A stretch of DNA of 31,214 nt from a virus (IMGVR_UViG_3300048881_000429:1-31214), one strand, 5' to 3'. Positions 1 through 8,625 are shown, counted from the stretch's first letter. The notes: generated from the sequence alone by a model not told the origin. Numbers and translations: made by a program.

Positions 1-82
1 TTAGTGTCACAAATACAAAAACATACAACAACAACCAGTATTAATGGGACTTACAGCCCATTTTTTTTACCGCCTCCTAAGC
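1..82 (+). repeat. 82-bp direct repeat, left copy (phage right arm plus att core; truncated by the window edge)
   Basis: ttagtgtcac...ccgcctcctaagc is identical to 31033-31114. The two copies diverge immediately after ...taagc. Confidence 0.97.
70..82 (+). other. att core ccgcctcctaagc in an attP-type junction
   Basis: Contains the anticodon loop CTCCTAA, is flanked on both sides by TGTCACA arm-type repeats, and is also present at 31102-31114. Confidence 0.85.
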
Positions 83-98
83 AGTTTTTGGGAGTTTT

Positions 99-173
99 GC
101 CCTCGTAGTTTAATGGATAGAATAGGGACCTCCTAAGTCTTAGATGCTGGTTCGATTCCAGCCGAGGGCACCA
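99..173 (+). tRNA. tRNA-Arg, anticodon CCT (phage-borne, complete, CCA encoded)
   Basis: Cloverleaf: acceptor GCCCTCG/CGAGGGC, D arm GTTT-AATGGATA-GAAT, anticodon arm GGGAC-CTCCTAA-GTCTT (CCT at 132-134), T arm GCTGG-TTCGATT-CCAGC, 3' end ACCA. Confidence 0.96.
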
Positions 174-274
174 TTTAAACCCTTTATTTATAGTGTTTTT
201 CTAACTTCACCAGTTTTTTATCTATTCAAATCCTCGTGTTAAACACTGGTTTTTCTTGGCTAATGTCAATGGCG

Positions 275-320
275 TGTCACATGCCCTAAAAACCCCTTAA
301 ATGTCACATTTAGTGTCACA
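275..320 (+). promoter_or_regulatory. Putative integrase arm-type binding sites (TGTCACA direct repeats)
   Basis: TGTCACA at 275-281, 302-308 and 314-320. The 19-mer TGTCACATTTAGTGTCACA (302-320) recurs at 31025-31043, and a single copy lies at 5-11. Confidence 0.75.
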
Positions 321-694
321 CCCTGCAAAGCCTAAAATTAGCTGTAACCCCACCCAAATATGGCCACGCTTATGGTTTCTGGCCCCAGGCTTTGCGCGTG
401 GCTGTATATCTTGTGCATTTTGTGCAAATACACACTAAAACCCAAAGCCCCCGTGGCGCGGGTTCTAGCGCCCTAGATTGCACTATTTAAAACATGCACA
501 AAAATGGTTCAAAACAGGCTCGAACAGAGGGAGGAGGAGCGTTTTTTTCCCTGGTTTTATTTTTTCGGCGTGGTTGCTGGGCTGTGGGCCTGCTGGCAAA
601 TGATAGGTGTTATCAATAAGGTAAAAACCAAATAACCATTGGCTATAGCCAAGTTTTATAAGCACCCACACGACTGAAAAAAAATTACAGGCAT

Positions 695-728
695 AAAAAA
701 AGCCCAGGGTTTTAAACCTGGGCTTTTT
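695..728. terminator. Bidirectional intrinsic terminator ending the tail operon
   Basis: A-run, then AGCCCAGG-N8-CCTGGGCT, then T-run, just downstream of the ORF that ends at 743. Confidence 0.85.
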
Positions 729-742
729 GTTTGCTACTTATC

Positions 743-1675
743 TTATTTTGTCATGCCATCCACTTTGGTTTTCACTGCACCAATGTCTGTGGCGGCCTTG
801 GTAAATTTAGCCAGGTTAACTGGTGGGCTACTTGGCGAACCTGGGGCCGCGCACGTTACGGTTAATGCTGCCACCTGGGTAAATCCATCTGATACCGCTT
901 GCATAAAATCACTGACCAATTTTAAAAGGTTGTCTGTTTCTGTGCCCAGGTGAATTTTAGGGGCGGTTTGTTCTAAATTCTCAGTGGCTTTATCAATTAT
1001 GTTTTTGCCTGCGCTTCGGGTTATATGCTCACCGGCCATTTGGTTAACGCTGCCCAGGGCCAATATGTTTGCCACTGTGGTTGAAAGTAAATGTATGGCG
1101 CTGGCTTCTATTTGTTTTTTTCCGTCTATGTCTTCAATTGAATGTTGAAGCACTCTTTTAATTTCTTCACCCAGGGTTTCAATTTTCTTGTGGGTTTCTA
1201 TTTCGTGGGTGTGGCTTTTGTCGTTTATGTTGGCGTGGGTTTCTCGCTTCCAATTGCCTGAATTATCCACGGTTTGTTTTACGCTTTCGTCTTGCTGCCA
1301 TGCCATTGTGTGTTCATCAATCCAGGGCAAGGCTTGACGATCACCCAACACAGAACGCACAAACGGCCTTTCTGGTGAACCGTTTAGCCAGGCTAATTCA
1401 ACAATAGTGCCCTTTTGTGGTAACGCAAAAAAACCGCGCTCACTACCGCCGCCCATAATTGATACGGGCACGGCGTCTAATTCAATGCCGGTGTTTTTAT
1501 ATTCGTTATTTAATAACACAACATTAACCGCAAAGCGCGGGCGGTAATTATCATTTATGCCGCCATTGGCTGGCGCATCGGGTACGGCTAACACTTCGGC
1601 CATTACTGGCAAATGATAACCGGCGGCCAGCTCTGGAAATTCACGGGCGACTTGTTTTCTAAAATCTTGATTCAT
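743..1675 (-). CDS. Baseplate spike/assembly protein (gpV-like; C-terminal half of the HP1 terminal tail gene)
   Basis: REFPELAAGYHLP and RPRFAVNV motifs, OB-fold-like GFFALPQKGTIVELAWLNGSPERPFVR segment, beta-rich C-terminus. Start placed at ATG 1675, which overlaps the upstream stop (ATGA); the ORF track extends to 1717. Confidence 0.75.
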   Translation of the reverse strand: MNQDFRKQVAREFPELAAGYHLPVMAEVLAVPDAPANGGINDNYRPRFAVNVVLLNNEYKNTGIELDAVPVSIMGGGSERGFFALPQKGTIVELAWLNGSPERPFVRSVLGDRQALPWIDEHTMAWQQDESVKQTVDNSGNWKRETHANINDKSHTHEIETHKKIETLGEEIKRVLQHSIEDIDGKKQIEASAIHLLSTTVANILALGSVNQMAGEHITRSAGKNIIDKATENLEQTAPKIHLGTETDNLLKLVSDFMQAVSDGFTQVAALTVTCAAPGSPSSPPVNLAKFTKAATDIGAVKTKVDGMTK

Positions 1676-2403
1676 TGAATTGGCCTTAGTGTTTTTTCCC
1701 AGGGGTTTGTTTGCCATTTAAGGCGCATTTCTTCGCCGCTGATTTCTAAGCCGTTCACATAAAAAACCTGGCCAGCAATTTCTATTTGCACACCAGGGCG
1801 CAACCTGGGGGCCAAAGGTAACGTGCCGCCTTTTACGCTAATTGATTTGAACCTGGCCATGTCTAATTTAATTCGCTTTTGACCGGCCACTGATTTGTTT
1901 GATTCGCCAATGTAAATTTGTCCGTCTGCCTGTTGTTGCCAAACGCCGTTTTCTACTTGCCACATATTTAAAATACTATCCATGGCCATATAGCCGCCGC
2001 CAATATGTTGAAAGCGGGCCATGGTTTTTTTAGTCCATTCACTGTTTGGCAAAATAAATTTAAGACCAGTTTTTTTGCTTATTTCTTCTAACACCTGGGC
2101 CGGTGTTACATGGCGTAAATTTAACGCAATACGCCTATTTAAAAATGCGGATAGTTCACGGCCCATTACTTTAAACAAACCCGCTTGCAACTGAATAACG
2201 TTTTCAACATAACCCAAAAAAAGGCGGCGCATATCATGGCCCGCCATCTTGCCATTTATTTCTAATAGCTCACCTTGGCTGGGCGCTGTATCTGTGGCCA
2301 CGGTTAAAATACAGCGGCCAGGGGTTTGCATTTCAAAACTGGAAAAATCACTTTTTAAAATAACCTCGCTTTGGGCTATTTTAAGTTGTTTGGTTATTTT
2401 CAT
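1672..2403 (-). CDS. Baseplate hub protein (gpD-like; N-terminal half of the HP1 terminal tail gene)
   Basis: LNLRHVT...L.EIS.KTGL.F and WQQQADGQIYIG motifs, plus position in the tail operon. Confidence 0.7.
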   Translation of the reverse strand: MKITKQLKIAQSEVILKSDFSSFEMQTPGRCILTVATDTAPSQGELLEINGKMAGHDMRRLFLGYVENVIQLQAGLFKVMGRELSAFLNRRIALNLRHVTPAQVLEEISKKTGLKFILPNSEWTKKTMARFQHIGGGYMAMDSILNMWQVENGVWQQQADGQIYIGESNKSVAGQKRIKLDMARFKSISVKGGTLPLAPRLRPGVQIEIAGQVFYVNGLEISGEEMRLKWQTNPWEKTLRPIQ

Positions 2404-2951
2404 TTTTCAGGCTCTAACAATGTTTCCAGCATTTTCATTGTGTCCCAAATAAAACCATGGGTTTCTGTAACGGCGCTTTCTTCGCTTTCTGTTGGCGCGC
2501 TTATAGCGGTGCCGGTTATGCTGTCGGCCACTGGGCTCGTTTGCTCTGCCTTGCGGGCTTCTTTGGCTTCTGCCACTGTATTAAATTGTAATAAAGAAAA
2601 GTTCACGTTCCAGGCTTCATGCTTGGCCATGCGCTTGTAATCAAAATCCCCATTAAAAATAACTTCTCTAATATCACCCACGTTGGCGGTTTTATCGTCA
2701 ATGGTATAAACCACACGGGTTAGATCATCGTTTAGGGCTTCGGCAATTTTAACCAGTTCTTTTAAGTGGCTTTCATCCTCAAACAAGGCCAAACCACTTA
2801 TGCGTAAAACCTTCGGCTTGGTGCCCTGGTTTACCGTATCACTGGCGCTGGTATTGGCCCCCACGCCTTTATTTTTTAGCTTTAGCTTTACCGCCACATT
2901 TAAACTTTTTAGCTTTAGTTCAAAGGCTTTGCCATTGGCTTCTAAAATCAT
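2400..2951 (-). CDS. Conserved HP1-type tail/baseplate protein
   Basis: 183-aa ORF coupled to both neighbours by 4-nt overlaps; GxKPK.L.ISG and AWNVNFSL motifs typical of this slot. Confidence 0.6.
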   Translation of the reverse strand: MILEANGKAFELKLKSLNVAVKLKLKNKGVGANTSASDTVNQGTKPKVLRISGLALFEDESHLKELVKIAEALNDDLTRVVYTIDDKTANVGDIREVIFNGDFDYKRMAKHEAWNVNFSLLQFNTVAEAKEARKAEQTSPVADSITGTAISAPTESEESAVTETHGFIWDTMKMLETLLEPEK

Positions 2952-3784
2952 AATCCTAAAACCTCAACTAACGGAGCCAGGTTGGCCGCCTCACCACCAA
3001 TGGCCAGTAAACAACAAAGTGGTGCGTTTTCATTTGGTGGCGTGGTGTCTCTTAACTGCGCATCCAGGTTACCGCCGGTTAAATACAAAACATTTTCAAT
3101 AGGCCCGTTTTGATCTGCAATTGATTCAACCTTGGTTTTTATTTCATCTAACCTGGCTAAACGTTTTGCTTTGAATTCTTCCAAAATGGTTTTTGTGCCC
3201 TGGTCACTGGCCACGGCTTCGCTTACTGCTAAATTTTGTTTGGCATACAGCAACGAAGAAAACGCGCCCATTTGCTCAATGGCCGCGCCTTTTCTGTCGT
3301 CTGGTTTAATACCTGAAATAAAAACCTTTGTGGTTTCGTTTTCGGCCAAGGCTTGTGCCTGGCGCAACGCTTTGGCTAAATCCGCATGAGGGAATACAGC
3401 CAGCAAGCTTTCAAGTTTAGTGGCTAGGTTTGCCGCTTTATCAGCGGCCACCATAAACACCAAGCATGATTCCCAGCCAGCAAATTGCATTTGATCTGCC
3501 AGGGCGGCTTGGGCATCACCAGGACTTAACCAAAAATTTGCGTTTTGCTTGCTGCCATTAAAGGTGCCTTGGTGCCATGGACTAATTATTATAAATTGAA
3601 CTGTACCCTGTAACTTTAAAAAATCACCTCTACGCTCACCATCTGACAAGGCATCGTCTGATATTGAATTTATATTGCTTATGTTTTCTGGCACCGGCAA
3701 TAAATCAACCGCCAAACGAATTGAACGGTTAACAGAAGTAGAAATCCATACACTACTGCTATTCTTTGAAAAACTACCCCACAT
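2948..3784 (-). CDS. Conserved tail-associated protein downstream of the fibre/spike gene
   Basis: 278-aa ORF with upstream AGGTGG. The PW..G...LSP.DA motif is seen in HP1-type genes at this position. Confidence 0.55.
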   Translation of the reverse strand: MWGSFSKNSSSVWISTSVNRSIRLAVDLLPVPENISNINSISDDALSDGERRGDFLKLQGTVQFIIISPWHQGTFNGSKQNANFWLSPGDAQAALADQMQFAGWESCLVFMVAADKAANLATKLESLLAVFPHADLAKALRQAQALAENETTKVFISGIKPDDRKGAAIEQMGAFSSLLYAKQNLAVSEAVASDQGTKTILEEFKAKRLARLDEIKTKVESIADQNGPIENVLYLTGGNLDAQLRDTTPPNENAPLCCLLAIGGEAANLAPLVEVLGL

Positions 3785-3812
3785 AACTACACACCACCTT
3801 TTTCAATTTTTA

Positions 3813-6800
3813 TTATTCAGCAAGCGGAGATATATAAACCGTTCCAGAAACATTTGTTGCCTGAACCAAAATTGAACTATAAGCCGGTGTATACGTTGAA
3901 CCTGTATGCAAAAGTAGATTGCCAGTTTCATTAAACACAATGGCATTAGAATGAGAATTTTTCTTTAACAGAACGCTTTCACCATCTGCAAGCCCGTTAA
4001 TATTATTAATATCCCCATCACCATTTAGAACAACCACGGAAGTATTTAAAACATCTATATCTCCAAAGCTAGTTATTGTTTTTCTAGCTCCCTTACTAAT
4101 ACTTGGCCCATAAGCTTTAGGAATCCCCGAACCATCCATTCTAAAATCATAATCATTTGAGCCATCAAAATTATCAAAAATATTAATATTATGCGTTGTC
4201 CCTTCTGGAAAAGTGACCTTATCCAGTAATGATTCAGCCCGCACAAAAGGAACACCGCCTGTGCCCTTTGTGGCTATATTTCTAGTTATGGTTACGTCCT
4301 GGCAATTTGCTTCAATATTTATAAGTTCTGAACCCATCTCAGAAGCCAAACCCGTTGTCGTGTTATTGATTATGCTAACACCATGGGTATATTGCCCAAT
4401 GTAAGCCATCGAACCTTTTAGCCCTGTAAATTCATTGTCTTTAAATACTAAATCAGCATCCTGAGTATTTACAAAATCCGAATGACCCGAAGACTTGCCC
4501 ACACTCAAACCTCGCACACAATCAATGCAAGTATTTCCCGAGATAGTTAAATTCATATAATTAAAACCGTCTTCTTGCTTTGACCATTTAAACGAAAGGT
4601 AAGCATTTCTAATTGTATTTCCAGAAACAACCGCCCCCACAGTATAACCATCAGCCATGGCAATTCCGTATTTATTAGTGGTTAATATTTTGCCTTGGGA
4701 CTTAGACGAAATATGAATATCATTATCCTTACAAGAACCTTCACGGCTTCTAATTGATATACCTCTAACCGAGTTTTTAGCCACTCCGTTTTTTATGGTT
4801 GTTCCAATGCTTCCGTCATGGGAAGTGACTGGGTTTATTTGTGCATTGTATGTAAACCAGTCTGTTACCGTACAATCTACAGACGGCGTATTTGTATCTT
4901 CACTAGCTATATTAAAAGTAACATCAAAAGCCTGAGTGCCGTTTGTAGATTCACACCCAGTGAATTTACAATTGTGGCCAGACCTAAAAATAAAATCATT
5001 ATGCTTATAATAATCATACCCGCTGCCACCAGCGCTGCCATAAACAAAGTCTTCCATACTGTGTTTTGCTTTACACTTAACCCCTTCACACCCATAACTA
5101 TTTGCTATTTTTAATGCCGAGCCAGCTTCAATGCCATGGTCAACGCTTATATTTTTGGCCGTGCAATATGCGCCCCATTCAAAAACAACCTTATCAACAT
5201 CACCAATAAAGTTTTGTGAAATATTAATATTCTTTAACAGAACGCCTTCAACTGGGTTCACTTTCCGCAATGTTGAAATCGTTCTAGTTCCGCTATTCGG
5301 TAAAGCATATAGAGGGTAATTATCAAACCGAGTGCCCGTGAATATCTTAAATACCGTGCTAGATATAACAGCGGACACTATAACGAACTCACCAAAAAAT
5401 GATTTATAATTAGCGTCATAACCAAGGGCCATTTCTCCCGCATCCGTCGACAAACAATTTATACTGCTTTGCAAAAATGCTAAATCACCACGAGCCAACC
5501 CATGTGCGCTTTGCGTGGCAATCTCAATTGTCCCTTCTTCGGTAATCGCAACAGACAGAGGAACTTCAGAACCAACACCACCTAAAACACCCAGCCCCGC
5601 CGCCCCGTTATTTAATATAACCTCGCAAGCATTGCCGTTGAAAATTTGATTTGATTTAAAATTAATTCGTTCCGATAGATTAATTTTATCGGTTGCTGCT
5701 GCATTTATCGTAACCGCATCAAGTGCCGAAATAATGTTTTTAAAAGCTTGGGTGTCATCTGCTACACCATCAGCCTTAACACCACCTTGTTTAATATTGA
5801 TTTGCCCATCTATTATAAGTTTTAGCTGCAAGCCATTAGCGGTATCATGATATAGAACGCCATCACTAGCCCCAGTATCACCAGCTACACAAACATATTC
5901 ACCAGCCCCACCGCCGCTTTCTGAAAAGTAGCCATCAATACTTATTCTTTTACCCACATATAGGCTTATATCCTGGCAAGCTTCGTCAATATTTTTATAA
6001 GGCTTTATGAATGATAAATTCCCTTTATGCCAAACCTGGAAATCTTCTAAAAGGTTAATGCGGTAATCTTGAATATTGTCTGTTGAAAAAATTCGACAAA
6101 TTTCAATTACTGTATGCTCAACCCCATCAGACACATAATCTTCAATATCTTGCCCAGCATTTAGAACAACCAAAAAAGAGTTTTCAACGCCCCCCATGGT
6201 TTGATTTTGCGAGACATCAAGCCACACCGTTTGCGGCACACTTCCAGGCAAAAGAACATAATCACTTTCTAGACTTATAAATAAACCACCTATGCAGGCT
6301 TCACCAGACCTTAAAACATAATCACTACCATTAAATTCACACTTAAAGGCGTTAGTAATAAAAGCAGTTCTACCATAAATATTTTTAATTGATTTTCGCT
6401 GCAACCTATCCATGGCCACCAAACGGGCGGTGTAATCAATCTGCCAGGATTCAGCACTTATATTAATGCCGGTAACATCGGCGGCACCGTTAAACTCAAT
6501 GGCAAAATTCTTGGTAATCACATTGCCAATGATTGGGCCAAGTGTGGCAATCTTACTTTGTGTGGGTACATAGGCCACCGCCACTAATACGCCGTGCTCG
6601 CTGCTATACAAACCCATCCAGTTAAAATCAAACGTACCCTGGTCGCTGGTTAACACCGTTGAATACACCACTGTATTGCTGGTTAACATGCCGTCTTTTG
6701 TTATAGGGTTAGTGAGCTGTATGTTTTCGGCGCTGGGTAAGGTCTGACTACGATCAGGGGTTAACGTATCGTCCAAACCATTAATGTTAGCAAAAATGAT

Positions 6801-6878
6801 TTGATCAATAATTAGGTTTTGCCCTGCCTGTTGTTGCTGGGCAATTAGGTTTTCACCTGCAAATGTAATAACTGGCAT
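3813..6878 (-). CDS. Tailspike / receptor-binding protein with tail-collar N-terminus and pectate-lyase-like beta-helix
   Basis: N-terminal VVYSTVL.SDQGTFDFNWMGL (tail-collar, DUF3751-like), then GYFSESGGGAGEY, then GVKADGVADDTQAF (beta-helix cap motif) and Asn/Ile/Gly-rich repeats. Confidence 0.85.
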   Translation of the reverse strand: MPVITFAGENLIAQQQQAGQNLIIDQIIFANINGLDDTLTPDRSQTLPSAENIQLTNPITKDGMLTSNTVVYSTVLTSDQGTFDFNWMGLYSSEHGVLVAVAYVPTQSKIATLGPIIGNVITKNFAIEFNGAADVTGINISAESWQIDYTARLVAMDRLQRKSIKNIYGRTAFITNAFKCEFNGSDYVLRSGEACIGGLFISLESDYVLLPGSVPQTVWLDVSQNQTMGGVENSFLVVLNAGQDIEDYVSDGVEHTVIEICRIFSTDNIQDYRINLLEDFQVWHKGNLSFIKPYKNIDEACQDISLYVGKRISIDGYFSESGGGAGEYVCVAGDTGASDGVLYHDTANGLQLKLIIDGQINIKQGGVKADGVADDTQAFKNIISALDAVTINAAATDKINLSERINFKSNQIFNGNACEVILNNGAAGLGVLGGVGSEVPLSVAITEEGTIEIATQSAHGLARGDLAFLQSSINCLSTDAGEMALGYDANYKSFFGEFVIVSAVISSTVFKIFTGTRFDNYPLYALPNSGTRTISTLRKVNPVEGVLLKNINISQNFIGDVDKVVFEWGAYCTAKNISVDHGIEAGSALKIANSYGCEGVKCKAKHSMEDFVYGSAGGSGYDYYKHNDFIFRSGHNCKFTGCESTNGTQAFDVTFNIASEDTNTPSVDCTVTDWFTYNAQINPVTSHDGSIGTTIKNGVAKNSVRGISIRSREGSCKDNDIHISSKSQGKILTTNKYGIAMADGYTVGAVVSGNTIRNAYLSFKWSKQEDGFNYMNLTISGNTCIDCVRGLSVGKSSGHSDFVNTQDADLVFKDNEFTGLKGSMAYIGQYTHGVSIINNTTTGLASEMGSELINIEANCQDVTITRNIATKGTGGVPFVRAESLLDKVTFPEGTTHNINIFDNFDGSNDYDFRMDGSGIPKAYGPSISKGARKTITSFGDIDVLNTSVVVLNGDGDINNINGLADGESVLLKKNSHSNAIVFNETGNLLLHTGSTYTPAYSSILVQATNVSGTVYISPLAE

Positions 6879-6895
6879 GACGCCCCCTTAAATTT

Positions 6896-7426
6896 TTATA
6901 GCTTTGCAATTAGGTTTTGTTCGGTATTACCAAAGTGTTGCGCCCGAACATTCATTTTTAATACGTATTGAGAAAACCATTCATAGCGGCGGCACGCCAA
7001 GCCGTATTTCGCTATCATAATATTTAATAGCTCAGGATTATCAGCAAGCGTTTTATCTTCAACCTCCATTTGTATAATGTCCCATTCACGCCCTGGCACA
7101 TGTTCATGTATTTCTAATGCACCCAATTCCATACGCGCCCAAATGGCTTTAAATCCTGCCAAGCTTCCCGCGTCCCTGGCGTTTTGATATGCAAACTTAA
7201 CGCGCTTTCTGTACAACCATTCTGGCTCAGCATTAAAGCGGGTTATATCACGCTCCCAGGCAAACAAATCAACAATGCGAATGCTTGTGGTGTCTATGTC
7301 AAAACTATTTAGCGGGTATGTCACCCAGTCTTTTACCAGGACAAACCACGCGGTTAAAAAGTCGGAGTATTTTTTTAGATGGCCGTTTGCCATCCAAAAC
7401 GGTAATTTTATTTTGTCCATATCCAT
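6896..7426 (-). CDS. Baseplate/tail protein (P2 gpI-like)
   Basis: KLPFW, LFAWERDITRF..EPEWLYRKRVKFAYQNARDAGS motifs; lies between the J-like gene and the fibre gene. Confidence 0.85.
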   Translation of the reverse strand: MDMDKIKLPFWMANGHLKKYSDFLTAWFVLVKDWVTYPLNSFDIDTTSIRIVDLFAWERDITRFNAEPEWLYRKRVKFAYQNARDAGSLAGFKAIWARMELGALEIHEHVPGREWDIIQMEVEDKTLADNPELLNIMIAKYGLACRRYEWFSQYVLKMNVRAQHFGNTEQNLIAKL

Positions 7427-8625
7427 TACAGTAATGCCCCCGCCGTGAGTGTGAGCGCCCCCAATTGCGCAATGTCGTTATTACTGGTTATGTCACCACG
7501 GTTAAATTCGATTGATTCAACGTCTGGGTATTTTCTTAAAATAGAGCCAGCCAGGCGCGACATACTAAAACGGCTAAAGGGCCAGGTTTGCGTTACGTCA
7601 AAGTCGTTGTTTTCTCTAAAGGCGCAACGAATCATTTGTTCTACGTTATTAAATAGCGTGGCCGCATCAGCGGCGCTCATGCCCGCTGGAATCCAAATAG
7701 TGCCCCCCAGGTCATAACTAATAGACGGCATGGCGAACACTTGCATGTCATCCCCTAAGCCGTGGTGCCCTTGGTTTGTTATGTAATCGTTTACTGTGTC
7801 TAGGTAACTTTGCGCGGGCGTGTCTAAATCAAACAACACATAGGCATTGGCACTGCCTGGGCCACGGGGGGCCAGTGTGTAATCAATAAAAATGCGGTCG
7901 TATGCAATGCCCACGTTTTCACTAATCATGGTTTTATAAACGCTGGTCACATGATGGTCGGACACACTTGAAAAATGCCCTCTAATGCGGGTTCTAAATT
8001 GCTCGTCTGTTTCTTTGTCGGCCCCTGGTGTGGTTAGCCAGTTTTGATCATTTGTTACGGCACTAATGCCCGCGATTGGCTCAGCCAATACGATGTAATA
8101 ATTATCAGCCAGGTTATAAGCGGTGCCGCTTTGTTCGGCTTCTGCTGTTACCCATAAATCCAATTCACCTGGTAAAAATTCACCAAGCTGTGTGGTTTTC
8201 ACCTTGTACACGGTGCCATTTATGTTGGTGGTGTGTACCCAGGTTCCCAGGGGAATACTTAACGAACCGGCGCTGTTATCACGGCTAAATTTAATTAGGC
8301 CCTGGGCCTTGGTTGCGTCTTTTCTTGTTAGGCCATGTGTCCAGGCTAATAAATCTAAAAAGTTGCCTGTGGCGGTTTTTACAAACTGGTTTGGAATAAT
8401 GCCTTTAATAATAAATTCAATAAGCCAAAGCACCGGCACCACGGCCACCAGTCGCAACCAACGCCACCACACACTTTGTTCGCCTGGGTTTTTAAACACC
8501 AAGCCTTCACCCTCGGCCATTTCTTCAAACTTTTGTTTAAGGCCGTCTTCTGTGGTGGGTATGCCCGCCGCTTCCATAGAATCGGCGTAATACTGTTGGT
8601 TGTCGGTTAAATTTTCTAAACTCAT
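7426..8625 (-). CDS. Baseplate J-like protein
   Basis: FVKTATG.FLDLLAW, PGADKETDEQFRTRI, APRGPGSANAY and GHHGLGDD motifs. Confidence 0.9.
   Translation of the reverse strand: MSLENLTDNQQYYADSMEAAGIPTTEDGLKQKFEEMAEGEGLVFKNPGEQSVWWRWLRLVAVVPVLWLIEFIIKGIIPNQFVKTATGNFLDLLAWTHGLTRKDATKAQGLIKFSRDNSAGSLSIPLGTWVHTTNINGTVYKVKTTQLGEFLPGELDLWVTAEAEQSGTAYNLADNYYIVLAEPIAGISAVTNDQNWLTTPGADKETDEQFRTRIRGHFSSVSDHHVTSVYKTMISENVGIAYDRIFIDYTLAPRGPGSANAYVLFDLDTPAQSYLDTVNDYITNQGHHGLGDDMQVFAMPSISYDLGGTIWIPAGMSAADAATLFNNVEQMIRCAFRENNDFDVTQTWPFSRFSMSRLAGSILRKYPDVESIEFNRGDITSNNDIAQLGALTLTAGALL

Noticed and set aside
99-173. tRNA carried simply to match phage AGG codon demand
   Set aside because: Codon counts were not computed, and its position in attP with the same anticodon as the disrupted target is a more direct explanation.
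483-671. 62-aa minus-strand ORF
   Set aside because: GTG start without an SD, lies beyond the operon terminator in the att/cos region, and has no recognisable motif.
3813-6878. Diversity-generating retroelement or invertible tail-fibre cassette
   Set aside because: No reverse transcriptase, invertase or duplicated template/variable repeat was seen in the window.
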